From Eledone cirrhosa (Eukaryota), in the NCBI GenBank assembly GCA_964016885.1, contig OZ024743.1:352222001-352286000 (forward strand): a stretch of DNA of 64,000 nt, in the 5' to 3' direction. Positions 22,237 to 35,495 of the stretch are shown here, piece after piece. A program made the position numbers and the translations under genes. Within the stretch, counting starts at the first letter, position 1, and each line of letters starts with the position of its first letter. A model generated the notes under the pieces. It saw only the letters and a list, made by a program, of their open reading frames with translations, ran no database searches and was not told the DNA's origin.

Positions 22237-23500
22237 TCTAATATATATTTGTGAAATGGGCGGTGGCTGAAATTCAAATGTGCACGGTTAAATGGTAGTA
22301 GACGTGGTCGGACGGACGTGAAAATTTACACACCTATATAAAAAGTACCAAGGAAGCAAATAGACGAGGTGTCAAATCTCTAACTTGAAAAATGTGGTCC
22401 CTGGGGCCCCCAAACTATCGCGTTCGGTGAGTTATTTCCCCCTGTTCTAATACTTTTGTCTAAAAAAACATATCAAAGACAACGTTATTTCGCTGTTAAT
22501 AAACTTTTGGCTACTACAGTACGTTTCATTTTCATTTTTAAAATATAATTGCTCTATATTAAATTTAAATAATTCTATAACGATCATACAGTACTGTTTT
22601 ATAAAATCGATTCTGCAGTAGAATTTTACGAAATGCCAAATCGAAAAAGTAACTGTTTTCTAACAAAAGAAATAAAACCCTTACATTGCTAACCCCCTGT
22701 TCTAATACTGGGGTTAGTTATTTCCCCCTCTTCTAATAAATATCTAATGCTGACCAGGGCAATCAAAGTGTAAACTATCATACAGTACCGTTTTATGAAA
22801 TCAATTCTGCAGTACCATTTTACGAAATGCCAAACCGAAAACAGTCACTGTTTTCCATCAAAAGAAATAAAACCCTTAAATTGCGAAGAAGGGAGTCATG
22901 TTCTCAAGTACGTTTTTTCAGATATCATTTTCATTTTATTTCTAATATATGTTAACCACAACTAACAGTAACTAGTATTTTTCAATTCATTGTCTTATTT
23001 AAAATAACATATCAAAGACCACGTTATTTCGCTGTTAATAAACTTTTGGCTACTACAAGCTTCCATGGTTACGGAGAAAATCGATGAAACAGGAATTTCC
23101 CATTCAAATTGAACTGAGAGTAATCTGTGAACGCAGAAGTAAATATTTCGAGAAACGTTGCAACCAAACGAAAACAGGAAGACGATATTTTGGTTCGTGA
23201 AGACGTTCCCTGGCAAGGAACGGGAAAAAAGCGAGGATAATACATCGTTATGTGGAGCGTGAAGAACAATTTCATACAAAGACAAGTTTATGGTATAAAT
23301 GGAGTCGTTAGGCTAATATTCTATTTAAAATAACAGAATGGTTTCCAGCCCCGGATTTTAAGAATGATGTAAATAAAATTGAAAACGAAAATGACAGAGG
23401 TTATTAAAATAGTAAAAGTAAATAGTGAAGATTTAGGCCAGTACATACGTATGCCCCGACGAATATACACATACATACGCACACACAAATACACACACAC

Positions 23501-23531
<31 letters not shown>

Positions 23532-24007
23532 CACGAACGCACGCGCGTATGTATAAACCTTATACATTTCTACAGTATTTTCACCAAACTTAAGACATAG
23601 GTTACTTATGTACTCCGGATGGTCATGGGCACTGTCATTTTTCCAGATATTGATTATAGCCCCCAACCCCCCCCCCTCCCCGGCAGATAACCCCTTTAAC
23701 CACTTTAACCACTTCCTTGGAGTCGACTGAAGCACTGCAGTGCAATGCAACAAAACGTCATAACTTCTGGAGTTCGCAACCGATTTTCACAAAACTTGAC
23801 ACATGGGCTACGTTTGTCTTACAGATGAATGTGAACTCTCAGAATTAGCACATATTGGGTAGGGGAACCCTGGGGGCAGGAAGCCCCTTTTGGAAAAAGC
23901 GGATGATTTTGTAAAAGTATAGTTTTCGAAGCAGCACTGTAGTATTGACATAAATGGTATACACAACTGCTATTTAATATCCGAGCAACGCCGGGTACCT
24001 CTGCTAG
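22237..24007 (+). mobile_element. Probable non-autonomous Helitron-like element (copy 2 48333-50103)
   Basis: 5' a|TCtaatatat and 3' ccgagcaacgccgggtacctctgCTAG|t with a subterminal GC-rich hairpin, between A and T, no TSD; internal duplicated blocks (~22468/23005, ~22582/22777). The 5' boundary is less certain. Confidence 0.6.
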
Positions 24008-24474
24008 TATATATATAAAAATAAAAAGGTAAAAGGGGTAAACAAATAGTTGGGAATACGACAAATAATAAATAGATAAATAATTAGAAAAGGGTATAAA
24101 TGTTTATAGCTGATTTAGAGCATTCAACAAGTTCCTGGAGCAAATGATCAATGAAAATAAGCAGTAAATCATTGTATGTAATTATGCATATACATACACA
24201 TACACATATACATATATATATACACACACACACAACCATACAAATACACATATATATACATACATATACATATACATATATATATATATATATATATAGG
24301 AAAAAGTATGACCCCGACGGCAGAGCTCAAGCCGTTTCTGAGGCTATTATATATATATACACACATAAACAATTATATAAAAATACACATATACACACAC
24401 CCACCACATATCTACAAAAATTATATATATATATACGTATATATATATATATATACGTATATATATATATATAT

Positions 24475-24583
<109 letters not shown>

Positions 24584-24590
24584 CGTATAC

Positions 24591-24625
<35 letters not shown>

Positions 24626-24626
24626 T

Positions 24627-26927
24627 CATAGGTTCTCAACCCATTTAGGCCAAACGCCCCCTTTTGTCCCTCGAAATCACGAAACGCCCCTACCCTATTT
24701 TTACATTTTTCAATATACTACTGATTTTGATATCTGTAGATTATTAAAAAATTGATTAACAATATTCCAAAGATACCATTGCAGGCAGCTGAGAGTATAA
24801 ATACATTCCTTGAAAGGAAATATATAAATTTCAAGAAAAGGAACATAAATGTTCTTTTTTATGAATAAGGACCAGTTGAATTTGTTATTTCCCACCAGGC
24901 GATACCAACTGTTTTGAAAATTTATACAAGAGCAACTCTATCCAAAGAGTGCTCTTATCTGGAAGAAAGTGGCAATTATATCATTTCAAAGCTTTCCAGT
25001 TTTCCCTTTAATGAAACAGACAGAATAAATGTTGATATCTAACTTGATGTCCTCTCTGCTTTGTGAGCTTAGAGACCACGGAAGAGGGTTTTCATGACCA
25101 CGCGGGAGGGTGTATTTATTAGTAAATGGTAAAATATAAACAACAAATGAGTAAGTGAATTGTAGTAGATGGTTTCCAGTCCAGTCAGACTGCAACTACA
25201 AATAAAAAAAAATGTTAGTTTGCTTTGTAACAATAGCATATCTAAGTTTTCGGATAAATCAACTTACTTTAACTTTGACCTCATTTCAATAGGACCCTTG
25301 AACTTCATGGAGTCTAGCTAACTCTTTGACGTCAGTCTGGATTTTCGTAAGATGTAGCCGGAGATCTCCACATGTAATTACACTGTAGTGGTTGCGAGCC
25401 TTACTGTGCAGTCTGGAAACAGCACCAAACCTCCTCTTGACTAAGTATGAGCTTGGAAAAGGCAGAGCAAATCTCTTAGCCTCTGCATGTAGGTGTGGAA
25501 ATCGACGCTGAATTTCCTCTTGCATCCAAAAAAGGGGTTCACCTATTTTGGGAAATCTAATTTTGATCATGTCATCTGCTTGAAGTTCAATGAATTCTTC
25601 CTGAAATATAACGTCCAAATCATCGACGTTAACTATAAAGGGATCTGCTACCCACATTGGGATGTCCATCGGCAAAAGGTCGACAAACCGTTCTCTCATG
25701 TTGTCTTGTAGCGCACGGTGGTGAGTGGTATAAATTTGGAGTTGATCATCGCTTACAATGTTTTGAACATTGGCGACACTAGGAAAATTATAGAATTCCC
25801 GTCAACAAAGATTCCTTTCGATGACATTCAATTTGGCCAGGAATGTTTTCAAGCAAGGTGATCTTCTCCTGCAAAGCCAAAATGACGCTGTTGCATTTGT
25901 CGAAGATGTCGGTGAGGTAGGCGCAGTTTTGCCTCATATCGAGGGTTTTCTTGTACAGTTTTGTGTTGCATCCTCGCAGAAACTCAATCATAGAGTCAAA
26001 CAGTTCAAAGAAGTGAGTAAGGCACTTGCCATTTGAAAGCCACCTCACTTCATTATGAAGGAGCAACTTGACAAATTCTTCGTCATTATCTTGGCACAGT
26101 TGCCGGAAAATTCGTTCATTGAGGGAATGCCGTTTGATAAAATTGATGACATCAATGGCCACCAGCAAGTTTCTTCACAGCCAAGTGTTGTCGATGAATG
26201 ACACAATGAACAACAAATACAGATAGACTTTCTCTCTTCAGAAGAGTGACGAAACCCTTATGTTGGCCGACCATTGCTCTTGCGTCGTCCTAGATGTATG
26301 TATTACCTGCCTGTGTGTGGTAGGTAGTCATGGATGTATGTATTACCTGTTTATGTATTGCATGTGGTCCTAGATGTATGTATTACCTGATTATGTGTTG
26401 TATGTGGTCCTAGATGTTTGTATTACCTGATTATGTGTTGTATGTGGTCCTAGATGTTTGTATTACCTGCTTATGTGTTGTATGTGGTCCTAAATGTATG
26501 TATTACTTGCCTGTGTGTTGTATATGGTTCTAGATGTGTGTGCTACCTCCTTATGTGTTGCATGTGGTCCTAGATGTGTGTATTACCGACTTATGTGTTG
26601 TATGTGGTCCTCGATGTGTATATTACCTGCTTATGTATTGTATATGGTCCTAGATGTGTGTATTATCTGATTATGTGTTGTATGTTGTCCTAGATGTGTG
26701 TGCTACCGGCTTCTGTGTTTTTTTTTGTTTTTTTTATTTGCAATATTATTTATACAATAGGTTAAAATAAATCTACATAGTGTTAACTTGTTACGGTTGA
26801 GTTAATAATTTCAAACATGAAATACATTGTTATCAGTGAAGGAAAGGCTGCGGTTGAAGTTTCATTGACCCAGATGACTGTGGGTTTTTCCATTGTTAGG
26901 ATCTCAATTGCTGGTTAATGTCTAAAC
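24627..26927 (-). mobile_element. Decayed hAT transposon (Charlie/Buster-like), one terminus deleted
   Basis: Transposase fragments HCVIHRQHLA (~26180-26212), LLHNEVRWLS (ORF 25788-26168), LPFPSSYLV...GDLRL (ORF 25286-25699); terminus cataggttctcaa. Confidence 0.88.
26288..26718. repeat. 40-bp minisatellite (~10.5 copies) inside the hAT element (copy 2 52376-52806)
   Basis: Unit tcctagatgtatgtattacctgcttatgtgttgtatgtgg, period 40. Confidence 0.92.
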
Positions 26928-27289
26928 CATCTTTTGATCTTATATATTATATATATATGTATGTATATGTGTGTATATACATCACTCAGTCAAACGACCA
27001 GATTTCAACCCCAACATCTACAACACCGGCACTAATGTTTACAGCAACAACAGCTTCAGAATGAATTGAAATGAACATTTACAACAACAACAACAGCGGC
27101 ATAAAACGATAACCCCCCCCCCCCCCAAAAAAAAAAAACACAAACAATAAAAAAAGCTCAAAATAACAAAACACACACACACACGCACACAACACAACAA
27201 CAACATCAACTGCCACCACCACCACCGCCGCCGCCATCACCATCACCAGTGACCGGGCCTTAAGAAAACAACTTCAATAATAATAATTT

Positions 27290-27592
27290 TTCTGTTTTTG
27301 ACACGGATCCAGCGACTTGTCCAGCGCATTACTGGTACTCTCTTTTGTTGACTCCGTGGGGATGAAAGACAAGGTTGACCTCGGCGGGATTTAAGCTCAG
27401 AACGTGGAGAGCCATAGCTCTATGCTGTAAAGCAATTATAATAATTGTTTCTACTTTTGGCACAAGGCCAGAAATTATCACAGTGCGTTACTGGTACTTT
27501 ATTTTATCGACCCCGTAAGGGTGAAAGGCAAAGTTAACCTACGCGGGATTTGAACTCAGACCGCAAAGGGACGTAACTATGCTGGAAAGCAT
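27290..27592 (-). mobile_element. Two adjacent tRNA-derived SINEs (~27290-27430, ~27444-27592; copy 2 ~54260-54565)
   Basis: Both match the reverse complement of the 7384-7560 family. Confidence 0.75.
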
Positions 27593-27695
27593 GTTATAAT
27601 AATACTGGACTGTAATACGAACGGCTTCAACTATACAAACTCTTGAAAGTCAACAGTTGACATAATCTTGTAATCTTGTATCAGTAATGACGGTA

Positions 27696-27733
<38 letters not shown>

Positions 27734-28288
27734 AAGTGAGTAGCGTGTGTGTGTTTGTTTGTATGTATGAGTGTTGCTGTGTGGGCGCGTATGTATGCGC
27801 GTGTGTGTATGTCGTACGTATAAGTGTCAATAAGTGAGTTTTTTTTTTTTTTTTGCGCGCGGGGACATAGAAATAATCGGGCTGGATGCCCGATCGCGCA
27901 GTTAAACCACTGGGAGTGCAGAACCCCTAGCCCTTGTCAGAGCATTCTTCTAGGAGAAGGCATCTCAGGAAACTGGGTTAACTCTGACATAAAACCTACG
28001 GCTCAGTAGTTACCGATGATGTCGATCTTTTCTTCTTTTCGGGTTATAGCTACTGTCGCTCAGAGAGTGGGATTGGCTCAGTGCACAGTCTTTCCTCACT
28101 TTAAAAATATTCGTCACGCACAGGCATTGCACGAGTGCATTAATAATTATTAATAGTGTATTATTATTATTATTGTTACTATTATTATTACTTTTCTTTT
28201 TCTTTTTTTTCTTATTCAATGATGTTCCAGAACAATATAAAAGAGATAATTGGCAATTTAGGTTCTGGAACAAAAAAGATAATTGGCA

Positions 28289-31200
28289 ATGAGGGCCCGC
28301 TCGTCATCGTGCCATTGTAATAGAGCCAAACAAGGCATTTAGTCTTGGCTGCTGGAGCGTACGGACGCTGCTTGACAGGAATTCCTTGGAGCGTCCTGAA
28401 CGAAGGACCGCTCTTGTTGCAAAGGAGCTTCGACGTTACGATCTTGACTTTATCTGAGACGAGGTTAGCTGGAGATGGTCATCTTACAGAATTTTGTGGA
28501 GAATATACATTCTTCTGGAAAGGAAGAGATGAAGGAACCAGAAGAGAGGCTGGGGTAGGATTTGCTGTTAAGACTGTTCTTGTGAATAAATTAGAAGAAT
28601 TCCCAGTAGGGATTAGTGAGCGTCTTATGTCCATGAGAATTCCGCTGGACAAAGGAAGATATGCGACCCCGGTGAGTGTGTATGCTCCAACTATGAATTC
28701 TGTCGATGAAGAAAAAGTGTCCTTTTACCATGCCTTGAAAGGTGTTTTAAGAAATATCCCTCAGGCAGACAAAGTCATCGTGCTTGGTGACTTTAATGCT
28801 AGAGTGGGTAGGGATTTTAACACATGGAATGTAATCGGAAGGCATGGGGTGGGAAAGTGTAACAACAATGGTATGCTCCTCTGCAGATGTGTGAGGAGCT
28901 GGATCTGCGTGTTACCAACACCATGTTCCAACAAAAGAACAAATTCAAGACCACATGGATGCACCCTGCATCTAAGGAATGGCATCTTTTGGACTACGTC
29001 CTAGTCAGGATGCGTGACAGACAGGATGTGCAGTGTGTTCGTGCTCTTCGTGGAGCTGAGTGCTGGACGGACCACCGCCTGGTACGCGCAAAAGTGAAAC
29101 TAATCACTAAACGTAAAATCCGGGCTCCTGGTGTTGCTCTGCCCAAAAGATTGAATGTTGCTCGTCGTAAGGATAAAAATGTGAAGAGGACATTGGAAGA
29201 AGAGATGCAGGCTGCAGATCTTGGTGAGGATTGGCCGATCCTTAAAAAGTCGGTTTATGATGTAGGCATGCGTGTTCTGGGATTGGTGCAGAGAAAACAT
29301 CAGGACTGGTTTAATGAGAATGATGTACATATAGAAGACTTGTTGGCTGATAAGAGGTGTGTTACTTGACGGCAAAACCACAGGAGAGGAATACGTTGCA
29401 TGAGGAACTCAAGGGTGTAAAATTACGTGTTAGACGGAGTCTTTCTCAGATGAAGGATCAGTGGTGGAGTGAGAAGGCTGGTGAGATACAAACTGCGTCA
29501 GATTCCAATAACACAAAGCTGTTGTACAGTCTCTTGCGTGAGGTTTATGGACCGTCTTCTTCTCTGGTGACACCGCTTCGCAGCAAGGATAGCAAAGAAC
29601 TTCTTCGTGACTCACAAGGAATTCTACGAAGGTGGCGAGAGCACTTTGATGATCTTTTGAATCAGCCGTCTGTCGTCAGTGAAGATTTCCTCAATCTCAT
29701 TCCAGAAAGTTCTGTGAAAGTAACTCTCGCAGAACCTCCGACGCTTGTGGAGGTTGCAGTGGCTATCTCGAAGCTGAACAGTGGAAGGTCTCCAGGTATG
29801 GATGGCATACATGCTGAGCTCCTACAATATGGTGGTGAGTGACTTCTGCAACATCTTCACTCTTTGTTTGGCAGGATATGGGCTAATGAATCCGTACCTG
29901 AGGACTGGAGAGATGCAGTAATGGTGGTCTTGTACAAGGGAAAGGGTAACAGGAATGATTGTGGGAACTACAGAGGTATATCATTGCTTTCTGTCGTAGG
30001 GAAAGTTTTATGTAGGGTGCTTCTGGACCATCTGCTGACACACATTGCAGATTGTGTTCTTCCTGAAAGTCAATCTGGTTTTCGTGCTGGACGCGGCACT
30101 ACTGATATTATCTTCTCAGCTAGACAGCTCCAGGAGAAGTGCATGGAATAGGGTTTGGATCTGTATCAGGTTTTTGTCGATCTGACAAAAGCTTTCGATA
30201 CTGTTAACAGAGGTGCATTTTGGAAGGTTCTCCAGACACTTGGTTGCCCTGATAAGTTCCTTGCTTTAGTTAGGTCTTTCCATGACGACATGAAGGCTTG
30301 GGTTAATGTCGGAGGTAACATGTCGGAGCCTATCTCAGTAAAAAATGGAATGAAACAGGGGGATATTCCAGCACCGACCCTGTTTGCCATATAATTTGCA
30401 ATGGTTTTCTGTATTGCATTCAGGAATTGCGAGCATGGTGTTTACATCCGATATCGAACCTCAGGCAGCATATTTAACATCAGGCGCTTTGCTGCAAAGA
30501 CAAAAGTATTTACATCAATCATAAGAGACCTCTTGTATGCAGATGATTGCGATCTTGTAGCGCACACAGAGAGTGATATGCAGCACATTTTGAATGCATT
30601 TTCTGACGCTTGCACTGCCCTAGGATTGACTGTCAGTCTCAAGAAAACCGTCGTCATGTACCAACCTGCCCCTGGTAAGCAGTACACTGAACCAAATATC
30701 TATGTGTATGGTAAACGACTTGCAGTGGTTGATCAATTTGTCTACCTGGCAAGCACTGTCAATCGATACGGCAACCTTGACAGTGAAATCTCCCTTAGGA
30801 TTAGGAAAGCAAGTGATGCTTTCGGAAAGCTAGAAAGGGGACTCTGGGGTCGGCGAGACATATGCAGGAGGACAAAGGTAAAGGTATACAAGGCATGTGT
30901 GCTCTCTTGTCTTCTTTATGCCTGCGAGACCTGGGTCACATATCGACACCACCTTAAGCAATTGGAGCGTTTCCATCAGATGTGTCTCAGATGGATCCAT
31001 GGCGTTCACTGGAGGGACCACATCAGTGATGTCGAGATTTTTGAAAGCTGTATGTGTGACAGTATAGAAGCTCTTGTGCTTAAGCAACGACTCCGTTGGA
31101 GTGGTCACCTTGCCAGGATGAAGGATTCTAGAATACCAAAACAACTCTTTTATGGAGAGTTGGTTAAAGGAAAACGACCGCCACATAAACCAAAAAAGAA

Positions 31201-31813
31201 GTATAAGGATTCGTTGAAAGCCTCTTTGAAAGACGCTAACATCTCTGCTGATACATGGGAAAATATTGCTGTTGATTGTAATAGATGGAGAAAGACTGTA
31301 TATGAGGGAAAAGTTGCCTTTGAGGCATCTCGAATCGCATACGAGAAAGTAAAGCGGGATGTGAGGAAGGGCATTGCTGTTGCACTTCCAGACGGCGATG
31401 GTCCTCCTATGGTGCTGACATGCAGCGTCTGTGCGAGACTCTGCCTAAGCAAAGCTGGACTGGAAAGTCATTTTCGCAGTCATAAAGTAAGGCCAGTGGT
31501 TGACTATCAGGCTGCTGTTAGAGATGCTACTCATCATGCTTGCCAAGCATGTGGTAGAGAATGTAAATCAGCAGGAGGGCTCAAACGACATGCAAAAGTA
31601 CATGAACTCCAACCACAGCCGGGTATTCGCAGTGAATGTTTTGGTTGCCGACTCTGTGCAAGACATTTTAGATCATTGGCTGGGCTAAAAAGCCACATTC
31701 GATCGCAGCGCTGTTAGTTGCTATCGTGTGTGTGTGTGTGTGTGTGTGTAGATATGTTTATGTGTGTGCGTGTGTGTGTATATATATATATGTATATTAT
31801 TATTGTTGTTGTC

Positions 31814-31852
<39 letters not shown>

Positions 31853-32037
31853 GTTATTAATGTATATGTGTGTATGTATATATATATGTGTGTATATATG
31901 TATATGTATGTGTGTATATATATATATATATTTCTTTTTTTATTTTATTTTATTTTTTATTTATTTATTAATATATATATATATTTTTTTTTCTCCCGGT
32001 GCAATGGCCATACTCGATAACGAGGGGTCAGCCATCG
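28289..32037 (+). mobile_element. RTE-clade LINE, disrupted (copy 2)
   Basis: Same ORF fragments and lesions as 634-4382. Confidence 0.93.
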
Positions 32038-32982
32038 TATATATATATATATATATATTTCGTTTCTGAATTTGTTTAGCAAGATTGTTTATCTGAAATC
32101 GTGTGTTGAAACCGATATTGTTATACTTTGGGAGGGTCATGTTGCCAATAAGAAACACACGCACCAGTTGCTTTCACTTCAATTTATTATAATAAATTGA
32201 AGTGAAAGCAACTGGTGCGTGTGTTTCTTATTGGCAACATGACCCTCCCAAAGTATAACAATATATATATATATATATATAATGTAGGAGGTGAGTTTTA
32301 TTGTAGTACAATAAAGCAATGCAGATATCGGATAAGTAGCACTCTACAGTTTGTAGGACTGGAGTATAAATAATATATAAGATCAAAAGATTGTTAAAAG
32401 AGTTCCATGTATTTTATTATGCGCATTTCAAAAACAAATATCATCATGCGATAACATTTGCGTTTTCGTCAGATAAAATAGGGAGACATGATATGAAGGT
32501 TAAAAAACACTTGTGAATAGTGCCGTTTTAAATCAACATATGAAACGTAGTATTAGATTGATGTGTGATATTGGGAAAAAAAAAATTATGGGGGGGGGGG
32601 GCGGGGTTGGAAAGGATGAAAAAAAGGAGGAGATGAGAGTAAAAAGTGGAGGGGAGGAGTATAATGAGGAAGGATGAGATAGGAGGAGAGATGGGTGATA
32701 GAGAGAGAGAGATATCTTTTATAACTGAGAAAAATATATTGTTTTACATAGAGAGGTTAAAAAACCGTTGGAAGATAATATATAAATTAAAAGAATTTGA
32801 AAATTAACGAAGAGAAAAATTTAGAATAATGTTAAATTAAGGTTTGTATATTGGAGGGTTTAATAATATGGGCGATGAAAAGAAATTGTTAATATGTATT
32901 AAGAATAATATTTAAGGGTTTAATAATATGTGCGATGGAAAGAAATTGTTGATATGTATTATTAAAAAATGGTACTTCTGAA

Positions 32983-34662
32983 GTGATTGGTTGGTTCAAC
33001 AAATTGAATAAGAAAAACAAACAAAAATTTATTCAATTTGATATTGCCAGCTACTATTCTTCTATTTCGCCCTCACTTCTCAACAATGCTCTATCTTTCG
33101 CTTACAAATATTCAGACATCACCACATATGAACTTCACATCATTCTCACCGCACGTAAAACCATCCTACAGTTCAACAATGAATATTGGACCAGAGCTGA
33201 TACCTCTAACAACTTTGACATCACAATGGGAGCATCCGATTCATCCCAATTGACAGATTTAATTGGTATCTTTATTTTGAACTCTTTGAATCGGAAAATT
33301 CCTCAACTTCGCGGTGGAATTTATCGTGACGATGGACTCTTTACTATCTTAAATTGCAACATAGTTAACCTTAATATTATTAAGAACAATATACGTAATC
33401 TCTTTAACCAACATAACTTAAAAATTGAATTTGATAACAGCATCAAACTAGCTAATTTCTTGGATGTATCTCTTAATCTTGACACTGGCCTATATTACCC
33501 TTACCATAAAAACAATGAGAACCTAAATTATGTTAATTTTAAATCTAACCACCCCACTAATATTAAGAATGCTATAGATAGTAATATTGGAAAAAGAATA
33601 TCCAACCTATCTTCTAATAAAAACATCTTTGATGCTAACGCCAATTACTATAATAACGCGCTTTCTAAAGCCGGTTATCCTGATAAAATCAAATATAGTA
33701 AAGAAACAAATGCTAGAAGATCTTACAGTAGAATAATTAATCATGATCATTCCAATAATTTTAATAAAAGACCTAGATACAAAAGCATAATCTGGTATAA
33801 TGCTCCTTTCTCCATCTCTATTAATAATAATATTCCTAAATTATTCTTTAGTGCCTTAAATAAATGCTTCCCTCCCTCACATATCTATAGTAAAATATTT
33901 AACAAACACACTATAAAATTTTCCTATTCGACCTCCTCCAACATCTCCAACATTATCTCTAAACACAACAATAAAATACTAAATACTAAATCTCTTCCTT
34001 CCAACACTGAATATCATAATAATAGTAATAGTACTCCCGACGTCATTGTTAACTCTAGGCTAATTTCTGCAAACCCAAATACAACGTCAAACGCAACTTC
34101 GTTAAATGTTCTCAATCCCATTCTAAATCAAGAAACTATTATTCCTATCGTAAATAACTTCTCCAATCCAATTCCTTCTATAGATAACAGTAGGTCACTT
34201 GTTAATAACTCTGTTAATTTCTCTAATCGCAATTGTAATTGCCCTGTTAAAAATAAATGTCCTCTCAACAACCATTGTCTTGAAAAAAACTTAATCTACG
34301 AATGTAAAGTTATAACTGACACCAATTCCTTTACCTATTTTGGCTCCACTTCCACCTCCTTTAAAGCTCGTCTTTATAATCATCATTCGTCTTTTAAATA
34401 CCAACTTAAAAGAACCAACACGGCACTCTCAGAACTCATATGGTGCTTGAAAGACAAACATATTAACTATAACATCTCTTGGAAGAAGGTTTGTTCTGCT
34501 TTTCCATACTTGAATAATTCTCTATCCAAGACATGCAATCTCTGTTTATGTGAAAAATTTACCATTATATCTAATTTAGATCCTATAATAAATAGACGCA
34601 CTGACTTGTTTTCGCTCTGCTTTCATAAATTCCACAGAACATTCCATAAAGTATACAGCTAA
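32983..34662 (+). CDS. PLE RT + GIY-YIG, Naiad-like, truncated (copy 2)
   Basis: Translation identical to 5326-7005. Confidence 0.9.
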   Translation: MIGWFNKLNKKNKQKFIQFDIASYYSSISPSLLNNALSFAYKYSDITTYELHIILTARKTILQFNNEYWTRADTSNNFDITMGASDSSQLTDLIGIFILNSLNRKIPQLRGGIYRDDGLFTILNCNIVNLNIIKNNIRNLFNQHNLKIEFDNSIKLANFLDVSLNLDTGLYYPYHKNNENLNYVNFKSNHPTNIKNAIDSNIGKRISNLSSNKNIFDANANYYNNALSKAGYPDKIKYSKETNARRSYSRIINHDHSNNFNKRPRYKSIIWYNAPFSISINNNIPKLFFSALNKCFPPSHIYSKIFNKHTIKFSYSTSSNISNIISKHNNKILNTKSLPSNTEYHNNSNSTPDVIVNSRLISANPNTTSNATSLNVLNPILNQETIIPIVNNFSNPIPSIDNSRSLVNNSVNFSNRNCNCPVKNKCPLNNHCLEKNLIYECKVITDTNSFTYFGSTSTSFKARLYNHHSSFKYQLKRTNTALSELIWCLKDKHINYNISWKKVCSAFPYLNNSLSKTCNLCLCEKFTIISNLDPIINRRTDLFSLCFHKFHRTFHKVYS

Positions 34663-35495
34663 TATCTAATACTTTACCAATTTAAAATCCTTTTCTCAAA
34701 GGCACATATATATATATATACATATATATTTCTTTAAAAATATACCCATCTTTCTACCTTATTTCAATGTTATTTATTATACATTATATAATACTAGTTA
34801 CTCATTCTATATCACTCCTATTTATCACTTCCCTTTCTTTCTTTTTTCCTTTTTTCTTTTCTTTTTTCTTTTAATTTCTAACCTCTAATCTGTACCTTTT
34901 CTTCCTAGATACTTCTCAATTCTCATTATTACCCACCACAATATATCCTTACTTTATATCACCTTGAAAAATCCTTCGTAAACATAAACATTTTTTTGAC
35001 GTTAGATTATTCATCATCAATTCATTATTTTTTTCTCGGATTGGCAGTATCGGTAGAGGGTCGGACGCCATGCTTTCCAGCATAGTTACGTCCTTTTACG
35101 ATCTGAGTTCAAATCCCGCCGAGGTTGACTTTGCCTTTCATCCTTACGGGGTCGATAAAATAAAGTACCAGTAATGCACTGGATAATTGCTGGCCTTGTG
35201 CCTAAAGTAGAAACAATTATTTTTTTCTCCCTTTCATGCTCAACTAACTTATACATATTACACTTATTCATCCACTCTACTTCTTTTCACAATATATCCT
35301 TAATTACATTACTATTGTTATATTTTTATATTTTTTAATAATACATATCAACAATTTCTTTCCATCGCACATATTATTAAACCCTTAAATATTATTCTTA
35401 ATACATATTAACAATTTCTTTTCTTCGTACATATTATTAAACCCTCCAATATACAAACCTTAATTTAACATTATTCTAAATTTTTCTCTGCGTTA

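Noticed and set aside
26288-26718. Possible CRISPR-like array
   Set aside because: Contiguous degenerate 40-bp units with no unique spacers and no cas genes; eukaryotic minisatellite.
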